NCBI GenBank assembly: GCA_963664015.2
Contig: CAXXLF010000002.1
Location: 928,001 to 992,000 of the forward strand
Origin: Candidatus Binatia bacterium
Lineage (GTDB): Bacteria; Desulfobacterota; Binatia; UBA9968; CAXXLF01
Reading direction: 5' to 3'
DNA: 64,000 nt
Part shown: positions 51,501 through 61,453 of the stretch, piece after piece
How the letters are laid out: each line of letters starts with the position of its first letter
Numbering within the stretch: the first letter of the stretch is position 1
Translations under genes and position numbers: made by a program
The notes under the pieces: model-generated
Databases searched by the model: none
Told to the model about the DNA's origin: nothing
The model's input: only the letters and a program-made list of their open reading frames with translations

Positions 51501-51929
51501 GGAGAGATCCCGGTCCGGAAGCATTTCAGGAAGAATCCCGTACTTGGCAGGACTGAAAAAGGTCGACTGAAGGGCCATTAGGAAGACCACACCGATCATC
51601 GGTTCGATATGGCCGTAAACAAAGGCCAGCAAGCCCAAGCCCATGGCAAGGACCTCGAAGGCCTTGGTAACAACGAGCACGTCCCGTTTACTGTAGGCAT
51701 CGGCCACATAGCCCGCATAGCCTGAGAAAAGGACAAAGGGCAGGATAAACACGGCTGCGACCATTGATAGGTAACCGCTCCCGCCGCCATTGGTGATGGC
51801 CAGGTTTACCACCAACAGCGAAACGACCATTTTGTAAATGTTGTCGTTCAAGGCCCCAAGGAATTGGGCCAGAAGAAACGGCTTGAGCCCGCGGTGCTTG
51901 AGCGTTTCGGTATAGGTGCCTATGGGCAT
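48504..51929 (-). CDS. aas: MFS + acyltransferase + acyl-ACP synthetase fusion (Aas/LplT-like)
   Basis: QFLGALNDN, PAKYGILP, NHISYLD, FAEG, FSSGSTGQPKG, EGYGCTE. Confidence 0.9.
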   Translation of the reverse strand: MPIGTYTETLKHRGLKPFLLAQFLGALNDNIYKMVVSLLVVNLAITNGGGSGYLSMVAAVFILPFVLFSGYAGYVADAYSKRDVLVVTKAFEVLAMGLGLLAFVYGHIEPMIGVVFLMALQSTFFSPAKYGILPEMLPDRDLSRANGLMEMSTFFAIILGTSIGSVMLAAWKGHLVWIGIVAVSLAVAGTLASFWIAKVSPSGARKSFQINPWAPIGSGIKQLIKDKTLWYAVLGIAYFWFFGALLHLVIIFMSKELMGLDNLHVGLLATFLAIGIGLGSLAAGYLSGDKVEMGLVPVGSIGMGIFSLFLLWSVPDYGWVASSLVLLGFFTGLFIVPLYALVQQRSPREQKGQLIATANFLGTVGILLASGTLWGLRDLLQVPVDRIILFLGLITLAATAFVLSILPDLLIRFVLWMLTHSLYRIRILGQEHVPFRGPALLVSNHISYLDGLLIGASVQRFVRFMILRSFYDLLGLRWFFRLMKTIPVSGQNRKEIFDAFDSAREELRQGHVVCIFAEGSISRTGNLLPFKRGFEKVVEGLDVPVIPVYLDRLRGSIFSFKRGRFFRKWPERLPYPVTVSFGKPMASSVRADGVRQAVMELGSAAAAHRRPPRDQLHLGFIKAAKGRWFSLAMADSSGRRLTYGRLLVGGLLLARWIRQHCRGQRMVGLLLPASVAGALANVAVLLAGKVPVNLNFTAGRESMEASVAQCEISTILTSRLFIAKAKIEELEGSVSLENVMGEIGAWKKLTAAATAFLLPSFVLQSLYTAPKSSADDLAGVIFSSGSTGQPKGIMLSHHNIFSNVEAMGQVFGLTQNDRIMGILPLFHSFGFTVTLWLPLLSGLGVVYHVNPMDAGIIGEMVSKFKATLLISTPTFSSMYIRKCTTEEFSSLRFAVVGAENLPQPTAKAFKEKYGLDLLEGYGCTEMGPVVAVNVPDFMEGPVRQIGLKPGTVGHSIPAVAVKVVDPEGGQTLSRNQEGLLLVKGPGMMMGYLGRPKETDQVVRDGWYVTGDMASVDEDGFITITGRMSRFSKIGGEMIPHIKLEEVVNKILGESCCAVTAVPDEQKGERLVVLYTSKDLSSRDLWDRLRRTELPRLWIPKEENIYLVDSIPLLGSGKLDLGKIKQMALERAGHTTFATKGE

Positions 51930-52475
51930 AATAATAACCTGGGGCACCCCATTTTGGCACTTTTTGTGATGGATTCCGAGGCGTACAGGGGGGAGCAAAC
52001 AAAATCCCTAAACATGGGTTATTTTGCCTGATGTTCGAAACAACGTAAAAAAATAATTGTCCATAAGGAATTGCGTGTCTTCCAATAGCAGGAATCTCAA
52101 GCTAAGCGCTGCAACGGAGAACGCAAAAAAGACATGCTTTTAACGTATTCGCATAGTCCCCGCAACATTAACATTTGTTTGGGCCAGAGTCTCACTCTCA
52201 ATTCTCGAAATGGTTTCGGGAATTCCCAGCCTGGGAACCTATTCCGGTAGCTTATTCTCCTCGCAATGACCAAGGGTTGTCAAGTCTCCAGTTAAGGCCT
52301 TGGATTGCACAATTCGTTGCAAAACACTTGCCTTTTCGCTACTATCCCAGCAGACAATCGGATTCGGTTGTACTTTGTACGCCGCGAGTCGATTCTCCCT
52401 AAATGAAGCCTCTACGGGCTTAGACCCGTGGTATCCTTCATTTCTTCGGCGGAATCCGCAGACGCACCCTCCATT

Positions 52476-52563
52476 CCTACTCCGCCGAAGCGGCTGCCTC
52501 GGCTACGAAGTCCGGGCGCACTTGGAACTGCGGCCCGTCGCCTGAAGGCTTTGGGGCGGAGGG
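52476..52563. repeat. Pair of REP-like hairpins in a long intergenic region
   Basis: GCCGAAGC-GGCT-GCCTCGGC and CCCGTCGCC..GGCGGAGGG. Confidence 0.4.
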
Positions 52564-52672
52564 TCCGACCAACGCATTCTTCCATGGGCATTAACCCATG
52601 GTCTTCTGCGAAGGCGGATAAGGATGTAACTCAATACTATAGAAGGTTTTCCAGAATCCTCAAGGCAATAGC

Positions 52673-53392
52673 ATGAAAAGATTGCGAGTAGAAATTTGTT
52701 TGTTACGACTGCTGCAATTTAAATCGATTTGCCGTCTTGTATTCAAGATTAGATATATATATTTCACCAAGATAAAACGCTCACTGCGATTCCATCCAGA
52801 TGAACGGGAAGTCATGGCCAAGGATTACAGCATCCGACGCGTCCTCCTTGCCAGCCCGAACAATCGGATATTGCACTTGATCCGGCCCCTGGTATCTATC
52901 GACAAGATCAACGGCAGCTCTAGAATCATTTCCATTGGATGCCGGTATGAAACCGATCTCTTGTATCTGTGCGCCTACGGGTGCGATCCGAGAAAAGTGC
53001 GCGGGATGGACATGATCTCCTACTTCAATTGGGTTGATCTGGGCAACATGCACCATATGGATTATCCCGACAACTACTGGGACTCAGTGGTCCTCGGGTG
53101 GGTATTGTCTTACAGCAACGACCCACGGCAGGCGACGAAAGAGATCTTGCGTGTGACTAAAGATGGTGGGATTATCGCAATCGGTGTGTCGTATAATTCG
53201 CCGGAAAGGTTCAAAGAATTAGAGAAAGAAGGCAGGCTTATCGGCAGCACTCAAGAGGGGGGAAGAATACAAACCGTTGCGGGAATCAAGAGCTTATTTG
53301 AGCCGTATGTTCGGCATGTTTATTTTGACCATGATGTGACTGACCCGACCCGGTCGGGACGGTGCCTGGTCATTTTCTCAATCAAAAAATGA
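52673..53392 (+). CDS. Class I SAM-dependent methyltransferase-like protein
   Basis: ISIGCR, G.D, GNMH.MDYPDN.WD, EILRVTKDGG; AT-richer than host. Confidence 0.75.
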   Translation: MKRLRVEICLLRLLQFKSICRLVFKIRYIYFTKIKRSLRFHPDEREVMAKDYSIRRVLLASPNNRILHLIRPLVSIDKINGSSRIISIGCRYETDLLYLCAYGCDPRKVRGMDMISYFNWVDLGNMHHMDYPDNYWDSVVLGWVLSYSNDPRQATKEILRVTKDGGIIAIGVSYNSPERFKELEKEGRLIGSTQEGGRIQTVAGIKSLFEPYVRHVYFDHDVTDPTRSGRCLVIFSIKK

Positions 53393-53396
53393 GCCT

Positions 53397-54269
53397 ATGG
53401 AAGACACAACCAACTCAACCACCATCGATCATTACAGACGTTACGGCTACACCATCTTCCGAAACGTGTTCGACTCGCAGGAAATAGCTTCCATGCGCAA
53501 AGAGTGTATAGGCAAAGGGCTGAACTCGTACGCCTACATAGGACCGCGCGATTTTGGAGGGCTCCTAATCTCGAATGAGATCGTCAATCCCTTGCGTCGG
53601 TTGTTAGGCCCGTGTATCGTCCTTTTTGGCGACTCGAGCTGCCAATCGGGGATCATCGCAGCCAGTGGATCCCCGCGTCATTTCCATGTGGATGCGAAGA
53701 GTGACGATTTCGATTACTCGCGACCCTATCCGATCTTGCGAATAGGCATCTACTTGCAGGACCACGACGTGTACAGCGGGGGACTCAAGCTGCGGCCTGG
53801 TTCCTGGACCCGGTTTTGCATCGACCAGTACGGAATTCGACGTTTCATCAAATTCTTGATCCGGGAACGAAGCCTGGGACAGCTGCGGCCGCCACCGGGC
53901 TCGATCAACCCTGTTATCCGTGCCAGGGATCTGGTCGTGTGGAACCTCCGCATGCATCATTCGGGCTTTGCGGCGCGCCTCAGACAAGCCCCACAACGCT
54001 CCTTCCACCCGCTAATCGAAGATTTTATTCCACGGTCCATTCTATGTCCCGAACAGCATCTTCGTTGTGTCATCTTCGCAACCTACGGAGCACTTTCCAT
54101 CTACCTGGACCGTTACACGGAAAATCGTTGGCGCACCCCAGAATTAGTCGATAGCTGGCAACGAAACGGCGCTTGTGACGCTGAATACCAGCAGCTGGCA
54201 AGTTCTCGTGGTCTTGAGTTACGCGTACCCCAGTCCAGGAGAGACCACGACAAATCATCTTCTCAGTGA
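53397..54269 (+). CDS. PhyH-like Fe(II)/2-oxoglutarate dioxygenase
   Basis: GY.IFRNVF, FHVD, IYLQD, GGL...PGS, DLVVW...MHHSG. Confidence 0.75.
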   Translation: MEDTTNSTTIDHYRRYGYTIFRNVFDSQEIASMRKECIGKGLNSYAYIGPRDFGGLLISNEIVNPLRRLLGPCIVLFGDSSCQSGIIAASGSPRHFHVDAKSDDFDYSRPYPILRIGIYLQDHDVYSGGLKLRPGSWTRFCIDQYGIRRFIKFLIRERSLGQLRPPPGSINPVIRARDLVVWNLRMHHSGFAARLRQAPQRSFHPLIEDFIPRSILCPEQHLRCVIFATYGALSIYLDRYTENRWRTPELVDSWQRNGACDAEYQQLASSRGLELRVPQSRRDHDKSSSQ

Positions 54270-54343
54270 CATTAACCGTCAATCTATGGGTTGCCTGGGG
54301 GTTGCCTGGGGAGGCATGGCAAACGACCGCTGAAAAAATAGCA

Positions 54344-55141
54344 TTAGAGTTTTGGAGTCCCAACGAGGGTCAAGGCGGAGGTACGCACCCAACCGGTCCG
54401 GCCGTCGGCCAGACGGATATGGGCCCATGGATTGCGGCGCTCCAAGATCTGGACCTCGGTACCGCCGGGCAACGGTTCGGAAAAGCGTGGGGGAGCGCCG
54501 CCCGAGTCAGCAGACTGGGCGGTCACTTCGCTGGCGGTAACCACTGCCTCTCCACTGTCATCAGACGACCAGAAGGGCAAACCACCCAGCCCCAGCCAGA
54601 TCAAAATCGGCAAGATAGCGCTGTTTCGCGCCCACGGCCAGCGCCAGCGAACCGCCAGGGCGATCAGTATCCCAGCTAAAGCGAAGCTCAGTGCGGCTGC
54701 TAAAGATCGGGCGCTACGCGAAAATGTGCCCTGCCAGAAAAAGAAGGTATCGAACAAGCTCTGCCCTTTGGGCCGGGGCACCCAATCGGGCAACAGTTCC
54801 CGAGCATGGTCGAGGTTTTGTCGCGCCCGCTTATGACCCGGTTGGACGGCCAATGCCCGCTTATACGCCAGGATAGCATTGCCGATATCTCTTGCCTGGA
54901 TTGCCGCATTACTAAAATTGACGTAGAGATCGGCATTTTCAATCTTCTGTCCTTCTATGACTTGGGCAAAGAGCCGTTGAGCCCTCTTGAAACGCTCGAG
55001 ACGTAGATCAGCCCTTGTCGTGTTCAACGCCTCCTGGTACTCACGCACTGCGCTTTCCAGCATGACCTTTGGATCGGCGGCCCAGACCGGCAGGTTCCCA
55101 AGTATCAAGGCAACCCCTATCCCGAACAGTAATCGTTTCAT
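54344..55141 (-). CDS. BatE-like TPR/SH3 membrane protein
   Basis: TPR segment, two TM, C-terminal G.EV..LE...W..I.L.DG..GWV. Confidence 0.8.
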   Translation of the reverse strand: MKRLLFGIGVALILGNLPVWAADPKVMLESAVREYQEALNTTRADLRLERFKRAQRLFAQVIEGQKIENADLYVNFSNAAIQARDIGNAILAYKRALAVQPGHKRARQNLDHARELLPDWVPRPKGQSLFDTFFFWQGTFSRSARSLAAALSFALAGILIALAVRWRWPWARNSAILPILIWLGLGGLPFWSSDDSGEAVVTASEVTAQSADSGGAPPRFSEPLPGGTEVQILERRNPWAHIRLADGRTGWVRTSALTLVGTPKL

Positions 55142-56949
55142 GATTCGTCCTTCGCCATCGCTTGGGCCACCTGGAGGGCGCGGCGATGGAGCTCCCCATC
55201 GATGGGCTCGGCGCCACCGCCAACGGGTGCATAGGCGAGGTTATCGCATTGGGTCAGCAGATTATCGACTTCGCCACGTACAGCACCGTTAGCGTGCGCC
55301 GCCACTTTGCGAAGTGCCGCCGAAATCTGACCGGCGGCCTCCTGACGGGGAAGCCCCGCTGCCTGTCTGACCTGTTCGACCTGTTCTCTCACGACCTTGC
55401 GACGCCGATGGATCTCGGGATCAACCTCCGCCCTACGTCGCCAAAACCAGGCAAAAACAACCAGCAGAGGAGCGGCAGCATATATCCCAGCTCGCACCAA
55501 GCCTCCGCCATACCGTTGGGACTCGTTAATCAGGAGTTTATCCGTACTGGACTCGATGGCCAAGTCGGCCCCCGTCAGGTCGTAGCGCCTCGTTGAACCC
55601 ACAGCCGCCCACCCCCCGCTTGTCGCTCCCCGCTCCTGTTCGGCCAACGCCTGTTCTTGTTCCTTGGGCGCACCGCTCACGACATCCTGGGCACGGACCA
55701 TTTGGGCCGATTGGACGCGCAACGCGATGGGATCCGATCGTGCTGTCTGAAATTGCCCCAACTGGGGATCGAACCAGGAATAGGCCAAGGGAGGTATCTC
55801 TGCCACCGACTCATCGAGCACGCGAACCGTCACGGAAAAGGACTTAACCTCCCCCGATACGATTCCGGGGATCTCGCCCTCGGGCCAGCGAAAACGCTTC
55901 GAATCCAGATTGTAGTCGGCGGACATCGACGGCAGGGCGGCGCTCTTCAGGCTGCCGTCACCGCGAAGATGAATCTTGAGGGTAATGGGATCACCCACCC
56001 GAACGACCGTCCTATCGGCTTCCACTCTGATATTAAAGCCGCGGCCGATGGCACCGGCGAAGCTAGCTGGGGCCTGATCCAGAGGTAGGGGTCGGATCAC
56101 CAGTCGACGTGCCTCATCGACCGCCCGTAAACGCACCTTGGCAGTGGGCTGCTTACGGCCGAAAACGTCGCGCCCCCAGCGAGTGACCCGGTTCATCGTG
56201 ACTGTTATGGGTGCCAAATCATATTCTCCCGACTGGGTGGCCACCAGGAGGGGACTGGCGGTCACGACGAGAAACTCCCGCCCATTGAGTTTGCGCTTTT
56301 CCCTCCTCGCCTTGAGCTTAATTGTACCCTTCTTGGTGGCGATGAGTAGAAACGTATCATTCCATGCCACAGGCTCCGTGATAAAACTAAACTGTTCGAA
56401 AAGTGGCGCGCGAAAGATACGCTCCCGCACATCGTTCGGATCGCCTGCGTACCACCATTCGATCTTTATGGGCACCCGCTGGCCCGTATAGACCGGTGCG
56501 CTGGGTAGGACCAGGGAGGCACGCATATTGTTGTCGTTGCCAATTTTCTGAACCTGGAGGTTCAGCGGCTGGGTTACCACGGCCCGTTGTTTTTGTTTGA
56601 CCGTAAAAGGTGGGAGGGTGTAGTTTCCAGGCTTCTCCGCCACCAGATGAAAATCGTAGGTGTAAACAACCTTCCGATAACTCGTCACCTCGCCGTTGAT
56701 AACCTGGGTCATACTGGAAATGCTCGGGCGGACACCCACCGATTGGAGGGTTAAGCCAAGCGGTAACTTTCCGGGCTCGCAGGTGGGCTGGGGGTCTTCA
56801 TCAAAACCCTTGGTGGTCACACGAACGAGAATAGGATCACCCGAATAGAGGGGATCTTGCTGCCGCGCAACGCTGGCCTGCTGTGCGCTACTCGAGCCCG
56901 CCACTCCGACTATCAGGGCAATCAAAAACAGAAGAAACCGGATCCCCAT
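55138..56949 (-). CDS. BatD family protein
   Basis: Signal peptide, F.GAIG, VGDPITL, YSWFDP..G.F, C-terminal TM. Confidence 0.82.
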   Translation of the reverse strand: MGIRFLLFLIALIVGVAGSSSAQQASVARQQDPLYSGDPILVRVTTKGFDEDPQPTCEPGKLPLGLTLQSVGVRPSISSMTQVINGEVTSYRKVVYTYDFHLVAEKPGNYTLPPFTVKQKQRAVVTQPLNLQVQKIGNDNNMRASLVLPSAPVYTGQRVPIKIEWWYAGDPNDVRERIFRAPLFEQFSFITEPVAWNDTFLLIATKKGTIKLKARREKRKLNGREFLVVTASPLLVATQSGEYDLAPITVTMNRVTRWGRDVFGRKQPTAKVRLRAVDEARRLVIRPLPLDQAPASFAGAIGRGFNIRVEADRTVVRVGDPITLKIHLRGDGSLKSAALPSMSADYNLDSKRFRWPEGEIPGIVSGEVKSFSVTVRVLDESVAEIPPLAYSWFDPQLGQFQTARSDPIALRVQSAQMVRAQDVVSGAPKEQEQALAEQERGATSGGWAAVGSTRRYDLTGADLAIESSTDKLLINESQRYGGGLVRAGIYAAAPLLVVFAWFWRRRAEVDPEIHRRRKVVREQVEQVRQAAGLPRQEAAGQISAALRKVAAHANGAVRGEVDNLLTQCDNLAYAPVGGGAEPIDGELHRRALQVAQAMAKDES

Positions 56950-59900
56950 TACCAGTCCTTTTCCACCGGGGCATACCCCATCGAACCCCTTTGTCGTTTC
57001 TCTCGCTGGCGCTGTGCTTCGCGATCACGGACCGACTGGAGCAGTTGGCGCATATCGGTCTGCCGGGCCTGTTCCTTTTGCTGCTCCTTGGCCGCTGCCT
57101 GGGCTTGTTGCTGGGTTTGCTGACTTTCTTCCTCTTGTTTCTGTTGCTGATCCTTGGGGTGCGGCTTGAGCAGCTGAATGGCTTCAACCAGCTCTTGAAC
57201 CGCAGTGGCTTGACTCTCCTGTATTACCTTCAACTCTTTTGTTTCAGCCTTCATCTTCTGTGTCGCCTTATCCATTGCCTCTCGCGCCGCGTCTACATGT
57301 TCCGCCGCCTGTCCCAACCGGTGGGAGACATCCTGAGATTTCTGCTTGGGAGATTGACTGCCCTTAGCCTGTCCGCCCATGGATACGGGACTCTGCTCCG
57401 ATTGTTTTTTTAAAGAGCCGGTAATCTCCCGGGAAATCTTAGAGAGCTCCTGCTGCCGGGGAACGAGGGGGGCGACTCTACTCTCTATTTTACTCTCATC
57501 GGTCAAGGTTGCCACATCGCGTGTGTCATCGGCCAAGACGGCTTGCCGCAGCGCCGTTTCCTTCAGATGCTCAAGAATGGAAAAGAACAGCCGGCGCAGC
57601 GCCTCGACTTGCCTAATACCACGGTCTACCGAACCGCCAAGTTTTTGAATCTCATCCTTGTTCGGATCGGTTTTCTTGGAGCGCTGAATCGTGCCGTTAA
57701 TGTCGGTAAAGGACTTCATCACCTGATCCAAGAGCGTCTTGGCCAGCTGAAGCTGCTGCCGCCGCTTGTCCAGATCATCGCCTGACTCGCCTTCAGAATT
57801 CATGGCAGACGGATCTCCCTCGCCTGATTTCACGTCCTCGAGCTCTCGATCGAGCATGCCCCCCAGCCGTTTGCCGCGATCCAGATTGGTAGGCTGCAGC
57901 TGGCCGAGCAACGACAGGTTCTCCTTGAACTCGACCCTCCTGTTCTTATCCTCGAGAGTTAGCAGAGACTTCATAGCCTTCTCATCCCCATAGATGACTT
58001 CGATCAGACCGCGAATATCGAGAAACAACTCTCGGGCCTTGAGCAGGAGCACTGTAGCGCGCCCTTCCGCCTCATAGGCTTTAGGATAGAGTTGGGACGA
58101 CAAGGCCTCATCGGCACTCTTAAAGGCATCACGCGACTCTTGCATCACCGGCAGGCCCTCTTTCAAGGCAAACAAAAGGGCCTTTCTTTGGCGCTTCTCC
58201 CCCTCTGACGGAAGGTTCTTTTTTTCCGAATCCAGTGACGGCAAGTCCTCTCCTGCCTTTAACCCCACTTCCATACGCAGAGCGATCTCTTCCGTTCGAT
58301 CCATAACATGGGTCAAAAAATCCTGCAGATAATCTACCGTGAGCCATTTGGGGGCCGTCCTTGAGCCCGGCGAAGCACCGGGGGCCTGCTGGGAGGCGTC
58401 GCTCAGCTGTCCGGTTTGCCGGGTAAGGAGCATGGCGTCGTCAATGACCATTCGAAGCAACTGAATCAGGCTCCGCAGCTGGTCCCGGGCCCGTTTGAGT
58501 TCGCCAAGCCCGGCCGACGCGCGCCGGTAGGCACGTTCTGCCTGGCGCTCACGAAGCTGACGCCGGGCCTGAGCGATTCGCTGCCCCCCACGGTTCAAAT
58601 AGGCCATGACATTTCGAAGCTGGGCCAGACGCATATTTTGCTCGGCATCACGCTCTTCGTCTTTCAGTGCCTCCAGTCGTTCGGTTTCCTCCCGCAGGTT
58701 CAGCGCCAACTCCTCCGAACGGGACAGGAGCATTCCCTGTTCCACCTTGAGACTGCGAAATTCGTTTTTCAAGGATTCGGGCAGGGTCGGCTGCTCCAGA
58801 GCAACGACGCGCTCAACCGTGCCTTGAAGTAACCGTGTTATCTCTCGCTGGCTCCGAATCAATTCGTCCAATTGCTTTTCCACGTCGGTGTCGTCGTGCT
58901 TATCCAAAGCATCAGCCAGCACCAGAATTCGGCGGGTAACCATTTCCAAATTTTCCCGTGCCGCTGCTTCGTCGGGTTCAAGCCTGACGGCCTCACGGAA
59001 CCAGTCGGCGGCAGCCTTGAGGTGGACAAGCGCCTGTTCCGGTTGCTGGCCAATGAGTTTGTCGGCCCGCTTGACCTCCACCCACCCCAGATTGTAGGTC
59101 GCGCGGTAACGGGTAGAACCGTCAGCTCCGGCTTTCTGCCGAGCCACGGAAAGCCGTCGCTCCGCACCGTCCCATTGCTCGGTCTCGATCAGGACCACGG
59201 CTTGGTTGTAGAGTTCCCGAGCACCGATATCCTTCAAATCTTCCTCATTGACTTTAGTGGCGTCCGTCACTTCAGGTTGGGCCGCCGCGTCCGGCGGTTC
59301 CTCCCCTCTGGCTGGAAATACGGTAAACCCCACGACTAAGAAGAGTAACGCAACTCGAGTGGCGTCCAATGGGCCCCAACGAACAAACCCCACGCCCATA
59401 GAACCAATGGACGTCACCACCGCAGCGATCAAAAAGAGCATTGCAAGGAGAACCGCCCATTGAAAGCCCTCCTGTCGGACCAAACGTCCCGGGTCTTCCA
59501 ATCGTCCCTTGATCAAGGGTGCGATATGAGACTCATAGATGGACTTGAGATCCAGGGCCCCAGTAGCGCCTGGAATATAGACACCGCCGGTTTCCAGAGC
59601 TATCTTTTTGAGAAGCTCACCATCCAGCCGGGTGACTACCGGCTTGCCGCTCTTGTCGAGCAACAGTGTTCGGGCACCGGTTTTTGGATCGGTTACGTAT
59701 ACCTGGCTGCCCGCGTCAGCGCCGAGTCCGATGGTAATGATATGGATTCCGCGTTCGGCGGCGGCTTTGGCAGCCTCTAGGGCAAAGGATTCGTGGTCTT
59801 CTCCATCGGTGATCATCAAGAGGACTCGTGACAAATCGGATTCGCCCTTGAATCCGGCCAGCGCTTTTCGAATGGGAGCTTCCAGGTCGGTCCCTCCTCG

Positions 59901-60404
59901 AGTCACGCTGTTGGGCCCCAATGACTCCAGAACCATTCGTAAGAATCCAAAGTCCGGTGTGAGGGGACAGAGGACCGTCGCCCGGCCCGCAAAGGCGATG
60001 AGACCTACATGATCCCTGCCCATATAGACGAGAAGGTCTCGGATCTCAGCTTTGGCCCGTTCCAGCCGATTGGGCGCTACATCCTCGGCCAGCATGGAAC
60101 GGGAGACATCCACGGCAATCATCAATTGGGCACCCACCCGTGGCATACGCTCGTAATGAAAACCCCACTGGGGACGCATCAGTCCCAGAACCAGGAAAAT
60201 GGCTGAGAGACCCAGAAACCCAAAGACACAGAACCGCCGCGAGCGACTTGGCTTCATAACCAACCGCATTTGCATCAGCGGAGAGATCAATCGGTCCAGA
60301 CTTGCCATGCCTCTCTGATCGAGCCAAATAAGCATGCCAATGAACACAATCACCAACCAGACCAGATGGATCCAATGGGGCTCGGCAAAGCGAAAATCGC
60401 TCAC
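56949..60404 (-). CDS. BatB-like VWA protein fused to TPR and long helical region
   Basis: RPQWG, DVSRSM.A.D..PNRL, TDGEDH, YNLG, Q-rich tail, EKDW end. Confidence 0.85.
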   Translation of the reverse strand: MSDFRFAEPHWIHLVWLVIVFIGMLIWLDQRGMASLDRLISPLMQMRLVMKPSRSRRFCVFGFLGLSAIFLVLGLMRPQWGFHYERMPRVGAQLMIAVDVSRSMLAEDVAPNRLERAKAEIRDLLVYMGRDHVGLIAFAGRATVLCPLTPDFGFLRMVLESLGPNSVTRGGTDLEAPIRKALAGFKGESDLSRVLLMITDGEDHESFALEAAKAAAERGIHIITIGLGADAGSQVYVTDPKTGARTLLLDKSGKPVVTRLDGELLKKIALETGGVYIPGATGALDLKSIYESHIAPLIKGRLEDPGRLVRQEGFQWAVLLAMLFLIAAVVTSIGSMGVGFVRWGPLDATRVALLFLVVGFTVFPARGEEPPDAAAQPEVTDATKVNEEDLKDIGARELYNQAVVLIETEQWDGAERRLSVARQKAGADGSTRYRATYNLGWVEVKRADKLIGQQPEQALVHLKAAADWFREAVRLEPDEAAARENLEMVTRRILVLADALDKHDDTDVEKQLDELIRSQREITRLLQGTVERVVALEQPTLPESLKNEFRSLKVEQGMLLSRSEELALNLREETERLEALKDEERDAEQNMRLAQLRNVMAYLNRGGQRIAQARRQLRERQAERAYRRASAGLGELKRARDQLRSLIQLLRMVIDDAMLLTRQTGQLSDASQQAPGASPGSRTAPKWLTVDYLQDFLTHVMDRTEEIALRMEVGLKAGEDLPSLDSEKKNLPSEGEKRQRKALLFALKEGLPVMQESRDAFKSADEALSSQLYPKAYEAEGRATVLLLKARELFLDIRGLIEVIYGDEKAMKSLLTLEDKNRRVEFKENLSLLGQLQPTNLDRGKRLGGMLDRELEDVKSGEGDPSAMNSEGESGDDLDKRRQQLQLAKTLLDQVMKSFTDINGTIQRSKKTDPNKDEIQKLGGSVDRGIRQVEALRRLFFSILEHLKETALRQAVLADDTRDVATLTDESKIESRVAPLVPRQQELSKISREITGSLKKQSEQSPVSMGGQAKGSQSPKQKSQDVSHRLGQAAEHVDAAREAMDKATQKMKAETKELKVIQESQATAVQELVEAIQLLKPHPKDQQQKQEEESQQTQQQAQAAAKEQQKEQARQTDMRQLLQSVRDREAQRQREKRQRGSMGYAPVEKDW

Positions 60405-61453
60405 GGGAGCCTCCTAAAGATAGAACCTGCCAGGAGACCGCTGCCACCCATCATCATCAGGGCCATCCAAACAAGGAATCCATAACGTTCCTGGTACTGG
60501 AGGTAACGCACCTCGGAGATCTCGGTGCGTTCCAATCGATCGATTTCCTTGTAAATTTCGGCTAGCCCCTCCGCATTGGTCGCACGAAAATAACGACCAC
60601 CGGTTTTTTGGGCAATCTCCTTGAGGGTTGCCTCGTCGATCTCCACACGAGCCGGCTGGAGAAACACCCTTCCCGTAAAGCGGTCGGTAACCGGCACCGG
60701 GGCAAGACCCCGGGTCCCTGTACCCACCGCGTAGACTTTAACGCCATGGGTCAGGGCTAGCTCCGCAGATTGACTCGGTGTAATAGTTCCCGCATTGTTC
60801 ACGCCATCGGTCAACAGGATGGCAACCTTGGATTTAGCCGTGTGTTGGCGCAGACGCTCGACCGCCAGGGCCAACCCCTCACCTAAAGCGGTTCCGTCTT
60901 CATTACGATCTTTTACAATCTCGAGATCGTTTACAATATTGAGGAGGTTGCCATGGTCCAATGTCAGCGGGCACAGACCGTCGGCGTAGCGCGCGAATGC
61001 CACCAGGCCGATTACATCGTCGGTCCGGCCATTACCAAAGCCGCGGGACCAATGGCTCTCTTCCCGATCCCCGACCACAAACTGTCTGAATATCTTTTTA
61101 ACCACCTCAAGGCGATTGAGACTGGTGTCGTCTTTGACCAAATCCCGTGCTCGCATGGAACCCGAGCGATCGACAACCATGACGATAGCGATCCCCTCGC
61201 GCCTGACTCGGGTCTCGTCGTTGGGCATACGGGGTCCGGCCAAAGCGACCGCCATGGCTGCAATGGCCAGGGCGAGCAGGAATGAAGGGAGATTTACCAG
61301 GCGAGCTCGAAGCGAGCTTGGTGAGTGCTCCAACAGGGTGAGGGTCGAGTATTGCACTGCGGCCTGGCGGCTCCTGGTTAAAAGGAGATAGACCAACGGA
61401 GCCAACAAGACGAGCCAGAGCAACCACGGATCACGAAATTCCCAATCAAACAC
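60401..61453 (-). CDS. BatA-like VWA domain protein
   Basis: DRSGSM, PLTLDH, GTALG, LLTDG.NN; likely GTG start at 61453. Confidence 0.88.
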   Translation of the reverse strand: MFDWEFRDPWLLWLVLLAPLVYLLLTRSRQAAVQYSTLTLLEHSPSSLRARLVNLPSFLLALAIAAMAVALAGPRMPNDETRVRREGIAIVMVVDRSGSMRARDLVKDDTSLNRLEVVKKIFRQFVVGDREESHWSRGFGNGRTDDVIGLVAFARYADGLCPLTLDHGNLLNIVNDLEIVKDRNEDGTALGEGLALAVERLRQHTAKSKVAILLTDGVNNAGTITPSQSAELALTHGVKVYAVGTGTRGLAPVPVTDRFTGRVFLQPARVEIDEATLKEIAQKTGGRYFRATNAEGLAEIYKEIDRLERTEISEVRYLQYQERYGFLVWMALMMMGGSGLLAGSIFRRLP

